IMG/VR virus record: IMGVR_UViG_3300020469_000008
Location: 138,055-202,054 of that record
Source: a virus
Taxonomy: Duplodnaviria > Caudoviricetes
DNA length: 64,000 nucleotides
Strand: one strand, 5' to 3'
A model generated the notes under the pieces. The model was not told the DNA's origin and did not search any database. It worked only from the letters and a program-made list of their open reading frames with translations. Of this stretch, positions 1-8,784 are shown one piece after another (position 1 is the stretch's first letter; the number at the start of each line of letters is the position of its first letter). The translations under genes and the position numbers were made by a program.

Positions 1-650
1 TTCAAATGTACGGTGCTAGACTGGATAATCTTAAAATATATCCTTGTAATGGCACGAAATATTACAAATGGAATAGTTTAAAATCAGAACCTGAAAGTCA
101 GTATCAAAACAGTATTAGATCTGAGTTAGGCTCTGTTAAATTAAAAAAAGTGTTAAACGCACTGTTAAAATATCAAATTGATTTTATGAACAATTACGAA
201 TTTAGCGAACGATTTAATTACACTGGTACATTTGTCGATTACAGAGAGTCAATGATTAACTGGTGCCCTATCGGTAGAAATACAGGCTTTAGTGACCGTG
301 CTGTCTTTGAAGATTTAGACTCATATTTCAAAATAAGAAATAAGTTTGCAAGGGTGCTTGGAAAAGATTCTACCTTTTCAGGTTTAGCAATTAGAGTCGG
401 AGGCGCCACAAGTTTTGACATATACCCACACGGATGGGACAAGACATTTCCGATGAATGGTAATAGCGTAAAAAGTGGAATGTCAGTATACGATGAAATA
501 TATTTTGCAGGTGACAAGTGTCAAGAAGGCGGCAATGATCACGAACTGTACTTACACGTAAAACTTCTAAACGAAGAAAACGTGTTTGAGTCAAATGGAC
601 CAGGACATACGATCAACTTTATTAACGACTTAATTAATAGGACAAGATGA
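1..650 (+). CDS. eukaryote-type phosphomannomutase (HAD-IIB, PMM/Sec53-like), 5' truncated by window edge
   Basis: Motifs INWCPIGRN, GG-TSFDIYPHGWDKT and IYFAGDKCQEGGNDHELY match eukaryotic PMM (NVSPIGR, SFDVFPDGWDK, FGDKTMPGGNDHEI); N-terminal DxDxT lies outside the window. Confidence 0.8.
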   Translation, partial: QMYGARLDNLKIYPCNGTKYYKWNSLKSEPESQYQNSIRSELGSVKLKKVLNALLKYQIDFMNNYEFSERFNYTGTFVDYRESMINWCPIGRNTGFSDRAVFEDLDSYFKIRNKFARVLGKDSTFSGLAIRVGGATSFDIYPHGWDKTFPMNGNSVKSGMSVYDEIYFAGDKCQEGGNDHELYLHVKLLNEENVFESNGPGHTINFINDLINRTR

Positions 651-1243
651 ATATATTTATATTAGACGAACAGCCCCAAAAAGCTGCAGAATACCATTGC
701 AATAAACACGTAGTTAAAATGATTCTAGAGGCAGGTCAAATGTTGTGTGCAGCGCACTGGATGAGTTGGCTAGATAAGTTTGACAAAACTCGATCAGACT
801 TTAAGCTGATGCGGGACGTAAAAGAATATTTAAGAGTTAATGTACCTCTAGATAAACAACCACCCTGGGGTCTGACACATGTCAATCATCCTTGTACTAT
901 CTGGACCAGACAGTCTGCAGAAAACTATGGTTGGCATGTAGAGCTAATGAGGTGTTTACTACGTGAGTACAATCTAAGGTATGACAAGATTCACAAATCT
1001 ACTGCGGTTTATTATTGGCTAATTAAAAATAGTCCGGTTAGCTTTCCTGTTCAAGGTAAAACTCCATTTCCTATCTGCATGAAAGAAGAGTATAAAGTGG
1101 GTGATGATCCTATACAAAGCTATAGAAAGTATTATATTAAAGATAAGGTCAGGTTTGCAAAGTGGGAGCCTCGGGCAGAAACTCCTGACTGGTTTTTACA
1201 GGGAGTTAGAAATGAGTCAAGAAGAAATACAAAAGTTGGTTGA
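647..1243 (+). CDS. pyrimidine-dimer DNA glycosylase / endonuclease V-like protein
   Basis: MNIFILD...HCNKHVVKMILE..QML, HVNHPCTIW, YR.YY..DK..FAKW typical of the Pyr_excise family. Confidence 0.8.
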   Translation: MNIFILDEQPQKAAEYHCNKHVVKMILEAGQMLCAAHWMSWLDKFDKTRSDFKLMRDVKEYLRVNVPLDKQPPWGLTHVNHPCTIWTRQSAENYGWHVELMRCLLREYNLRYDKIHKSTAVYYWLIKNSPVSFPVQGKTPFPICMKEEYKVGDDPIQSYRKYYIKDKVRFAKWEPRAETPDWFLQGVRNESRRNTKVG

Positions 1244-1397
1244 AGTCCGGATGATGTTATTGCAAAGCTTTACTAAACATAAAGACTGGCGTAATAATAA
1301 AAATGCTATTATGCGAGAAATCGATCACATTGAGACTGTTGGTGAAGCAATTAAAAAAATAGACGTATTATTGTCCGGACATGTGACATTTTCGTAA
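1212..1397 (+). CDS. hypothetical protein
   Basis: ATG at 1212 after GGAG; MSQEEIQKLVEV... Confidence 0.55.
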   Translation: MSQEEIQKLVEVRMMLLQSFTKHKDWRNNKNAIMREIDHIETVGEAIKKIDVLLSGHVTFS

Positions 1398-1440
1398 AAA
1401 ATAAAATATTTCCTATATTTAAAAATATGGGGGGTGTTTT

Positions 1441-3027
1441 ATGCTGTACATTCTATTTACTTTACTGTTATTCTCTTGTAACGATTATGGCGTCAACAAA
1501 GTAGTTCAAACTGATCCAGAATTAGTTGTCTACCCTGAATCAATTGATTTTGGACATTTACTGTCCGGACATGAATCGGGGCTGGCAACTTTTGCTGTTA
1601 TAAACGCAGGTGATGAGGAATTAATCATAAGTCAACCTGAACTAGTCACAAGTAACGACAAGTTTAGCCTAGATAGTGATTTAGAGGAAAACTATACAAT
1701 CAGTCCGGGAGAAACCTTAGAGTTTGTTGTTTATTACGAACCGAAAACTTTTGAAAGTAATACCGGGCTGATTCGATTCGTGACAAACGACGAAGATGAA
1801 AATCAATATGAATTACCAGTATCAGGTTTCGGTGATGCACCAGTCATGACAGTGACACCAGAGACATTTGATTATGGTCAAATAAGTATAGGATGTGATA
1901 ATGAAGAAAGAATCACCATCCGCAACGATGGAAACATATCGTTAACCATAGAAAATATCACACAAATGGTAACACAACCTCAAGATATTATCATGGAAAT
2001 GGGTAGTTTACCAGCACCGCCATGGGAATTATTGCCCGGTCAAGAAGTTGATTTTTTGGTTTCTTACATTCCAGTTGACATTAGTTATGACGAAAGTATT
2101 ATTCGTATCGAAGGTAATGATCCCGTACTTCCTGTTAAGGAGGTAATACAGTATGGCGATGGTGATGTCGAACATTGGTATACACAAACGCACGTGCAAG
2201 AAGAAATAGCATTGCTCGACGTCATATTCGTAGTGGACAATTCCGGGTCAATGAATGTATTCCAGCAAGAGTTAGGCAATCAAATGAGTTCATTCATGTA
2301 TGTTTTTAATGCATCAGGAGCAGATTATCACCTTGCAGCGATTACAACAGATGAAGCTCGATTTATTTATTTTGATGGGCTAACTTGGATTGACAAATCA
2401 CACCCACATCCAATTGCTTGGATGCAGAATGTTATTTCATCTATCAGTACTACAGGAAGTGGCATGGAAAAAGGTATTGAAATGGCAAAGTACGCACTGG
2501 AAGGAGATGGCGCACCAGGTAATGGTTTTTATCGTGAAGACGCAACCATGGTCATAATATACGTATCTGATGAACCAGATCATTCGAGCGGTGGGTATGG
2601 TTCATATACATCTTTTTTTGATGGTTTTAAGGCATCGCCTGACTTAATGAGACAATTTGCTGTAATTGGTGATTATCCATCCGGATGTCAGTTTCCTTGG
2701 ATGTCTTCACACAGAAATGTATTCTTTGGATCAGGCTATTATCATATGACTCAAAGGTACAACGGTGATTGGTATTCAATATGTGCCACAGACTGGGGTC
2801 AACAAATGCAAAACTTAGCAACTACTGTCACAACACGTAAAATATTTCCACTCGATGCACACGATCCAATTGAACAAACAATTTCTGTCTCAGTAAATGG
2901 CCAATTAACAAATAACTGGGTGTATGATGTAGGAATTAACGCTGTTATTTTTGATGATCATTCTGTCCCGGAGCCAAATCAGACTATTACGATTGAATAT
3001 GCAGTTTGGGGATGTGGCGATGAGTAG
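1441..3027 (+). CDS. lipoprotein with two Ig-like (choice-of-anchor D/ASH) domains and a von Willebrand A domain
   Basis: Lipobox LFSC; repeated P-x-x-DF/DYG...I-x-N-x-G Ig-like units; MIDAS DVIFVVDNSGSM and YVSDEPD. Confidence 0.75.
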   Translation: MLYILFTLLLFSCNDYGVNKVVQTDPELVVYPESIDFGHLLSGHESGLATFAVINAGDEELIISQPELVTSNDKFSLDSDLEENYTISPGETLEFVVYYEPKTFESNTGLIRFVTNDEDENQYELPVSGFGDAPVMTVTPETFDYGQISIGCDNEERITIRNDGNISLTIENITQMVTQPQDIIMEMGSLPAPPWELLPGQEVDFLVSYIPVDISYDESIIRIEGNDPVLPVKEVIQYGDGDVEHWYTQTHVQEEIALLDVIFVVDNSGSMNVFQQELGNQMSSFMYVFNASGADYHLAAITTDEARFIYFDGLTWIDKSHPHPIAWMQNVISSISTTGSGMEKGIEMAKYALEGDGAPGNGFYREDATMVIIYVSDEPDHSSGGYGSYTSFFDGFKASPDLMRQFAVIGDYPSGCQFPWMSSHRNVFFGSGYYHMTQRYNGDWYSICATDWGQQMQNLATTVTTRKIFPLDAHDPIEQTISVSVNGQLTNNWVYDVGINAVIFDDHSVPEPNQTITIEYAVWGCGDE

Positions 3028-3526
3028 AAATTTAAAACTTTTTCTTACATTAATTTTTGGTTTTTGCTTAGGTTTGACGATAAAACGTGTTTATGAAGCT
3101 AATGTTTTCCACGCGTGGGTGTGGCCAGAACCGCCTATCGTAATAAATTGTTATGGCAAAGTCTTACCTGAAATTGTTGTGGTTCGGGCAATTGATTATT
3201 GGACAATAAGGGGGTTTCCTATCTCTTTTTACGAAATGAATCCATCAAAAGAAACGTGTGCGAATGATTCTATAGAAGGTTTTATAATCATAAGGAGAGA
3301 CCCAAGCTTAGAAAATATAAATGTTTTAGGCCAGACTGCAAGACATACGCAATTAAAGTGGATGAGAAGTGCTGTTATTAGTTTGAGACCTGGATCATAT
3401 AATCTAGATTTATTATTAGAGCATGAGCTAGGACATGCACTAGGTTTAGGACATGTAGAAGTAGAAGGTCACATTATGCACCCGATGTACATGCAGATTG
3501 GTAGTAAGTTTTGGATACCAAAATAA
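3020..3526 (+). CDS. matrixin-type (metzincin) zinc metalloprotease
   Basis: HELGHALGLGH zinc motif plus Met-turn HIMHP; N-terminal hydrophobic segment; ATG at 3020 overlaps the upstream gene. Confidence 0.8.
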   Translation: MSRNLKLFLTLIFGFCLGLTIKRVYEANVFHAWVWPEPPIVINCYGKVLPEIVVVRAIDYWTIRGFPISFYEMNPSKETCANDSIEGFIIIRRDPSLENINVLGQTARHTQLKWMRSAVISLRPGSYNLDLLLEHELGHALGLGHVEVEGHIMHPMYMQIGSKFWIPK

Positions 3527-3534
3527 TTTGATAT

Positions 3535-5622
3535 TTAAAGTTTGTTGATTGTCAAATAGGTTAAATGTAATCCTGAATTGATTGTAGTTCCCGATTCAGC
3601 TCCCCCAATATTGCGAAAGTTTATCTTAACTTTATCATTTTTCTCTAGATGCGCAACCCTATCTAGTTTATGCATGTGGGCTGAATTTTCTGCCGATCCA
3701 CCCGGGAAGTAATTTCTAAATGCAATTCCGCCATTGTTTTGAGCATAACTACAAGACGAAGATACCCAAAGCTGATACTGTGAAGTACCAGTATTGATAC
3801 TTTGCTGGTATGCAGAAACGTTGATATTGTAAAAACCTTCTTCAGATGCTGTAAATGTATATGTTCCTGTGTCAAATTCACCTGAACCGAATGTATCTTT
3901 AAGGACATTGTTAAAAGGTATAGCTTGGAATTCGTTAGTACCTGTGGGACTATAAGCAAAATCGCTTGACATGTGGACCATAAGAACTTTTGGTGTTATG
4001 TTTGCCGTTAAAGATCCAGATATAACTACATCACCAGTAAATACTGAGGTACCTCTAGTTGTTGTACCTCTTGATCCAATAGCCCCTGAAAAAATTTGTA
4101 TTGCATCCAGCTGTGGTTCTATTACTGAACTTGCAGTTGGAGTAAAAACCTGAACTAGTTCATTGTTACCGTCAGCGCCTGCAAACTTTACCTGCTCATC
4201 AAATCTTAAATCAATCCTATTATCACCATCAATAGTTAGAACTTGTGTATTACCTTTAATCCATGGGCCGTTTGCTAGTCCAGTTCCGTCAAAAAATATT
4301 GAATCAGTGCCATCGCCATCACCACTGATTATAATATTGCCGTGAAGTCGCGCGTTACCACTGACAACTAAATCACCGCCAAAAACAGCCGTACCTGCTG
4401 TAGAAGATCCTCGTGAACCTATGGAGCCAGAGACAAAAAAGTTAGTGTCTGTAGCATTCTTAACGTTGGGACTAGTTCCGGCGCCGCCAGACATTATTAA
4501 AACCTGGTCTATTGAACCTTCACTCATTTTGATCATTGATCTGCCACCGGCTTCAAAAGATATCTCATCAGCATCAAACGAAATACTAGTATCAGAATCA
4601 CCAATGTGATGAATCTTATGTGCGATCGCCAGGTCGCTGTCTGTGTTACTGCTAGAAACTGTAAGCGTTGCTGCGGGTAACGAAGTCACCTTGCCAATCC
4701 CTACTCTACCGTCACCTCTCACGCGTAACACCGTTGTCGATGCAGACTCAACATCAAAGAGGTTTGTTCCAGAGCCTGTTCCGTCACTGGTAACTTTTAA
4801 TCCGTGACCTGATGTACCCTGGTCGTTATCAATAATCGCAGCATAATCAGAGATATTTGCATATACGCCTAATGCTCCAGTTACTGTTAAAACACTTCCA
4901 TCAAAATTAAGATTTGCTTCACCGTTTAATGTATCAGACGATGAAAAAGTTGCAATTCTATTATTAGCACCATTTGTGACACCAGAAACAGAACCGCCTC
5001 CACCACCGCCTGACTGATTAACAAAGCTTAAAACACCGTTACCGTCTGTCTTTATAACTTGATTTGCGGATCCATCTGTTGTGGGAAAGCTAAGACCATT
5101 AGCAGTCAGACTACCAGATATCACAACATTACCACCAAACACAGATTGACCTTTCCCGTCTTTCGAACCAGAAACAAAAACGTTGGTATCTGAACCAAGA
5201 CCACTTGGAGTTGCAGTATTTGAATTAATTAAGATATAATCATCTGCAGCGTCAGTAAATAATTGATGTGTGTTACTGTTAGATTCTATTCTAAAGTCAA
5301 CATCATTAGAACCTTCATTTATAACAACAGAATCTTGTGATGCATTTTCATCACAAGAAACCATAAACACACCACCAACAACTAAATCAATACCATCAGA
5401 AGCATTAAATCTTATTGACGTGTCAGTATTGCCTGAGCTAATAGTTCTACCAGTACCCGCTGCATCAGCACCAATGCTAATATTATTGCAAGTAATGTCA
5501 CCTAATATGCTTGTACTGCCTGTTACGACAAGTGAATGTGTGTCAATACCAGCTGATCCGGATACAATGACGCCTTCACCAAACCGCATTGTTGCTGTTC
5601 CCATATTTTTTATCTTTGCCAT
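3535..5622 (-). CDS. putative tail fibre / virion adhesin with C-terminal C1q-like domain
   Basis: G/S/T-rich beta repeats (FVSGS...VFGGxxVxSG, three copies); C-terminal IPFNNVLKD...FDTGTYTFTASEEGFY resembles gC1q. Confidence 0.6.
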   Translation of the reverse strand: MAKIKNMGTATMRFGEGVIVSGSAGIDTHSLVVTGSTSILGDITCNNISIGADAAGTGRTISSGNTDTSIRFNASDGIDLVVGGVFMVSCDENASQDSVVINEGSNDVDFRIESNSNTHQLFTDAADDYILINSNTATPSGLGSDTNVFVSGSKDGKGQSVFGGNVVISGSLTANGLSFPTTDGSANQVIKTDGNGVLSFVNQSGGGGGGSVSGVTNGANNRIATFSSSDTLNGEANLNFDGSVLTVTGALGVYANISDYAAIIDNDQGTSGHGLKVTSDGTGSGTNLFDVESASTTVLRVRGDGRVGIGKVTSLPAATLTVSSSNTDSDLAIAHKIHHIGDSDTSISFDADEISFEAGGRSMIKMSEGSIDQVLIMSGGAGTSPNVKNATDTNFFVSGSIGSRGSSTAGTAVFGGDLVVSGNARLHGNIIISGDGDGTDSIFFDGTGLANGPWIKGNTQVLTIDGDNRIDLRFDEQVKFAGADGNNELVQVFTPTASSVIEPQLDAIQIFSGAIGSRGTTTRGTSVFTGDVVISGSLTANITPKVLMVHMSSDFAYSPTGTNEFQAIPFNNVLKDTFGSGEFDTGTYTFTASEEGFYNINVSAYQQSINTGTSQYQLWVSSSCSYAQNNGGIAFRNYFPGGSAENSAHMHKLDRVAHLEKNDKVKINFRNIGGAESGTTINSGLHLTYLTINKL

Positions 5623-5647
5623 TTTTACCTCAAATTAGTTTTTCAAA

Positions 5648-5657
5648 TATAATTATA
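5648..5657. promoter_or_regulatory. palindrome TATAATTATA between divergent genes (candidate bidirectional promoter element)
   Basis: 10-bp palindrome in the 54-bp gap between the fibre gene (-) and yceI (+). Confidence 0.3.
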
Positions 5658-5676
5658 AATTAGAGGAGGTTAATGT

Positions 5677-6201
5677 ATGGCAAAATATATAATCGATCAA
5701 ACGCACAGTGACATTTCATTTAAAGTAAAGTACATGATGATATCTTCTGTTGAAGGATGTTTTAATAATTATGAGGCATCTTTAATCTCCAGCAAAGAAG
5801 ATTTGAGTGATGCTGCATTTGAGTGTGAAATAGATGTATCTAGTTTGTATACGGGAAATGTAGACAGAGATACACACTTAATATCATCAGAATTTTTAAG
5901 TTCTGAAAGTTTCCCAGCAGTGATCTTTAAATCTACAAATACAAAAATAGTTGATGGTGAGTATATTGTAGACGGATCATTACAAATTAAAGAACACTCT
6001 AGGTCAGCAACTTTACGAGGCAAGTACCTAGGTGTTGTTGTGGATTCTTGTGGTCAAGAAAAATATTGTTTTGAATTAAAAGGATCAATAAAAAGATTTA
6101 GTTGGTTTTTAGATTTTGTTATAACTAGCAGTAAAACTGTTTTAGTTGACAATAACATAGAGTTGAATTTAGATTTACAGTTTTTAAAAGCGGAAGATTA
6201 A
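5677..6201 (+). CDS. yceI: YceI-family lipid/polyisoprenoid-binding protein
   Basis: IIDQTHSDISFKVKYMMISSVEGCF, IDVSSLYTGNVDRDTHL...FP...FKS; SD GGAGG. Confidence 0.85.
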   Translation: MAKYIIDQTHSDISFKVKYMMISSVEGCFNNYEASLISSKEDLSDAAFECEIDVSSLYTGNVDRDTHLISSEFLSSESFPAVIFKSTNTKIVDGEYIVDGSLQIKEHSRSATLRGKYLGVVVDSCGQEKYCFELKGSIKRFSWFLDFVITSSKTVLVDNNIELNLDLQFLKAED

Positions 6202-7439
6202 TGAGATTAAAAACAAGAACGAAGGTCGCTTTCTTACTTGCAGCCATTGCATCACTTGTGTTTATGATATCACAAGTATTTATGTATCTGGATATTATTC
6301 ATTTCTCATACAATATACCTCTATTCAACATTCTGTTATTTGCAATTTACATGCCGTCATCTGCAATTTTTGGTTGGGACATGTACATCAAGTATCGTGA
6401 TGAGAATCAAATGATTAAAGATAAACTAGCAGCAATTAACAATTCTAATATTGTTGTAATTTATGATAGTAAAGGAAATATTGTGCGTGCAAATGACAAT
6501 TTCTGTCGTGTTGTCGGTTATACACAAGAAGAGATTATCGGTTTACATCATATGCTTTTTGTTCCTAATGATTTTGTGAGAAATAAAAAGTACAGAGATT
6601 TTTGGAGCAAGCTAAGAACGGGAAAGAGTGTTAAAAGAAAATTTAAGAGAATCAATAAAATCGGAGAAGTAATTTGGTTATACGGTTCTTATAATCCTAT
6701 TAAAAGTGGAAGTGGTGCTGTTTATCAAATCATTAATGTGTGTAGCGATGTAACTGGTGAACACAACGCTCAACTAGAATTAAATAATAAAAACACTTAT
6801 TTAGAACATGCAGCAAAAATTCTACGTCACGATATGCACAGTGGTATTAATACATACATTCCAAGAGGTATTAAAAGCTTAGAACGTAGAATTAAACCAG
6901 AGCAAGTAAAAGAAATGAAGATCGAATCTTCACTTCGCCTAATTAAAGATGGATTAGATCACGCACAACGTGTTTATCGTGGTGTGTATGAATTTACAAA
7001 TTTAGTAAAGGAAAATGCTGTATTAGAAAAAAATGAGCATGATTTAGGTGTGATACTAAAAGATTATTTAAAAAAGACAGCATACGCGGATCAAGTAATA
7101 ATTGAAGATTTACCCACAATGTTAGTGAACGAAGCACTTTTCTGCACAGGAATCGATAACTTGATTAGAAATGGTTTGAAATATAATGATTCTAAAACCA
7201 AATTCGTAAAAGTCAGAATGCAAGGGGAAAAACACTTGGTAGTAATTGATAATGGTCGAGGTATGTCACAGAAAGATTTTGAAAAATTAAGTCAACCATA
7301 TCAAAGGAAAGAAGGTCAAAAAGAAAAGGGCACTGGACTGGGATTAAACATTTCTGTCGCCATATTTAAAGAACATGGGTTTCACATGACTGTTGAGAAA
7401 CTAGACGTAGGTACGATGATCAAGGTAAAGATACGATGA
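6201..7439 (+). CDS. membrane PAS-domain sensor histidine kinase
   Basis: Two N-terminal TM segments; MCP-like PAS (ANDNF...GY...IIG.HH..FV...FW.KL..G...WL.GSYNPI); H-box RHDMH; N-box NLIRNGLKY; G1 DNGRG; G2 GTGLGL. Confidence 0.9.
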   Translation: MRLKTRTKVAFLLAAIASLVFMISQVFMYLDIIHFSYNIPLFNILLFAIYMPSSAIFGWDMYIKYRDENQMIKDKLAAINNSNIVVIYDSKGNIVRANDNFCRVVGYTQEEIIGLHHMLFVPNDFVRNKKYRDFWSKLRTGKSVKRKFKRINKIGEVIWLYGSYNPIKSGSGAVYQIINVCSDVTGEHNAQLELNNKNTYLEHAAKILRHDMHSGINTYIPRGIKSLERRIKPEQVKEMKIESSLRLIKDGLDHAQRVYRGVYEFTNLVKENAVLEKNEHDLGVILKDYLKKTAYADQVIIEDLPTMLVNEALFCTGIDNLIRNGLKYNDSKTKFVKVRMQGEKHLVVIDNGRGMSQKDFEKLSQPYQRKEGQKEKGTGLGLNISVAIFKEHGFHMTVEKLDVGTMIKVKIR

Positions 7440-7867
7440 TTAATTCTATTTTATTAGTTGATGATGAAAATTTGTTTCATCTCGTTTTTGAAGATGCATG
7501 TAGTTTGTTAGACATAACATTAGATCTACAAAGCATTGCATCCTCTGATGAAGCAGCTCGATTATTTGAGCAATGGACATCAGATCCTAGGGGAAAGCCT
7601 GAATGTGTTTTTGTTGATCTAAACATTATTGGTTCTTCTTTTAACGGTATCGAATTAATTCAAAAGATTAATTACGAGTACGGAAACGGAGTTGTTGTTG
7701 GAATTATAAGCTCATCAGCAGATCAAGAAGAGATTGATCGGAGCTTGCACGCCGGAGCACAGTTTTGGATTGTCAAATCAGATGACATTGAACCTAGACT
7801 AGAATCTTTTAAAGAAGATTACGAAGGATATAAAAATCGTACATCTCCTTTTAAAGTATATAAGTAA
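7436..7867 (+). CDS. stand-alone response regulator receiver protein
   Basis: LLVDDE acidic pocket, CVFVDLN phosphoacceptor Asp, ISSS, IVKS conserved Lys; ATGA overlap with the kinase. Confidence 0.9.
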   Translation: MINSILLVDDENLFHLVFEDACSLLDITLDLQSIASSDEAARLFEQWTSDPRGKPECVFVDLNIIGSSFNGIELIQKINYEYGNGVVVGIISSSADQEEIDRSLHAGAQFWIVKSDDIEPRLESFKEDYEGYKNRTSPFKVYK

Positions 7868-8424
7868 TGATTATTCTTAGTGAAGAAGATAAAAAACAAT
7901 TAATTGATATTGGTCAATCACGTAATGTTTATCTAGAAGGTAATATTATAAAATTAATCGATCCTCAAGCTGACGAATTGTTTAAAAAGTATCTTGTTGA
8001 CGCTAAAATTCAAGATCGAGAGAACAGAAAAAAGCGTCTCGAAGTTACTAAGCAAGTTCAAATACAAAATAGAGAGTTAATTGCTTCACAGGAAGAAAAC
8101 GAAAAACTTCTTTTAGACTTAAAAGAAGCTGTTAAAAAAGCAGATGAAGCAAAAGATGCAGCATTAAATGATTTAGACCTGATGCAAAAGAAAACCCAGT
8201 TTGAACTAATCGGAAAAATTGTTCAGGTTGCATTGTGGATCATTATTGGCGTTGGAGTTTTCACGACAGTTTTGTTTATGTTTTCAATGTATACAGGTAT
8301 AGACACTACTTTGATTGGTAATACTTGGAGTAACCTGTTTGGAATATTACTCACAAATTCTTTTAGTATTATTGGTACAATAATGGGTGTAAAGTATGCT
8401 AGTGAAAGTAATAAAGAAAACTAG
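7867..8424 (+). CDS. coiled-coil membrane protein coupled to the two-component genes
   Basis: TAATG overlap; coiled-coil N-half and two C-terminal hydrophobic helices. Confidence 0.7.
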   Translation: MIILSEEDKKQLIDIGQSRNVYLEGNIIKLIDPQADELFKKYLVDAKIQDRENRKKRLEVTKQVQIQNRELIASQEENEKLLLDLKEAVKKADEAKDAALNDLDLMQKKTQFELIGKIVQVALWIIIGVGVFTTVLFMFSMYTGIDTTLIGNTWSNLFGILLTNSFSIIGTIMGVKYASESNKEN

Positions 8425-8723
8425 TTTTCCCACCACACATTTGCAACGTCCCAATCAATCATTTCACTTAGCCAATTAGGAAATGAACCTGTACAATCAA
8501 AATCAAACCACTCGCCCTTGCAAGATTGTTTATAGGGCTTCAAAGATTTAAGCAGGGATCTTTCTAAATCACCCCTACCATTTACTATGGTGAGCAACTT
8601 AAGTTTATATGGAGATCCAGTTTGAAGCTGTCGCAACCTATTTTGGGGATTTTTACTCATACCAATTTTAATTGCGCCCGTGACGTCAGATTGTATTACA
8701 TAAAGGTGTTTATTCATATACAT
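8421..8723 (-). CDS. GIY-YIG nuclease (T5orf172/MUG113-like)
   Basis: LYVIQ...IKIGMSKNPQNRLRQLQTGSP...E...GEWF. Confidence 0.8.
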   Translation of the reverse strand: MYMNKHLYVIQSDVTGAIKIGMSKNPQNRLRQLQTGSPYKLKLLTIVNGRGDLERSLLKSLKPYKQSCKGEWFDFDCTGSFPNWLSEMIDWDVANVWWEN

Positions 8724-8784
8724 AATTTTATATAGTTATTTACTCTAATAAACAATAATTATAAAATATGTGCGAGGTACATTG

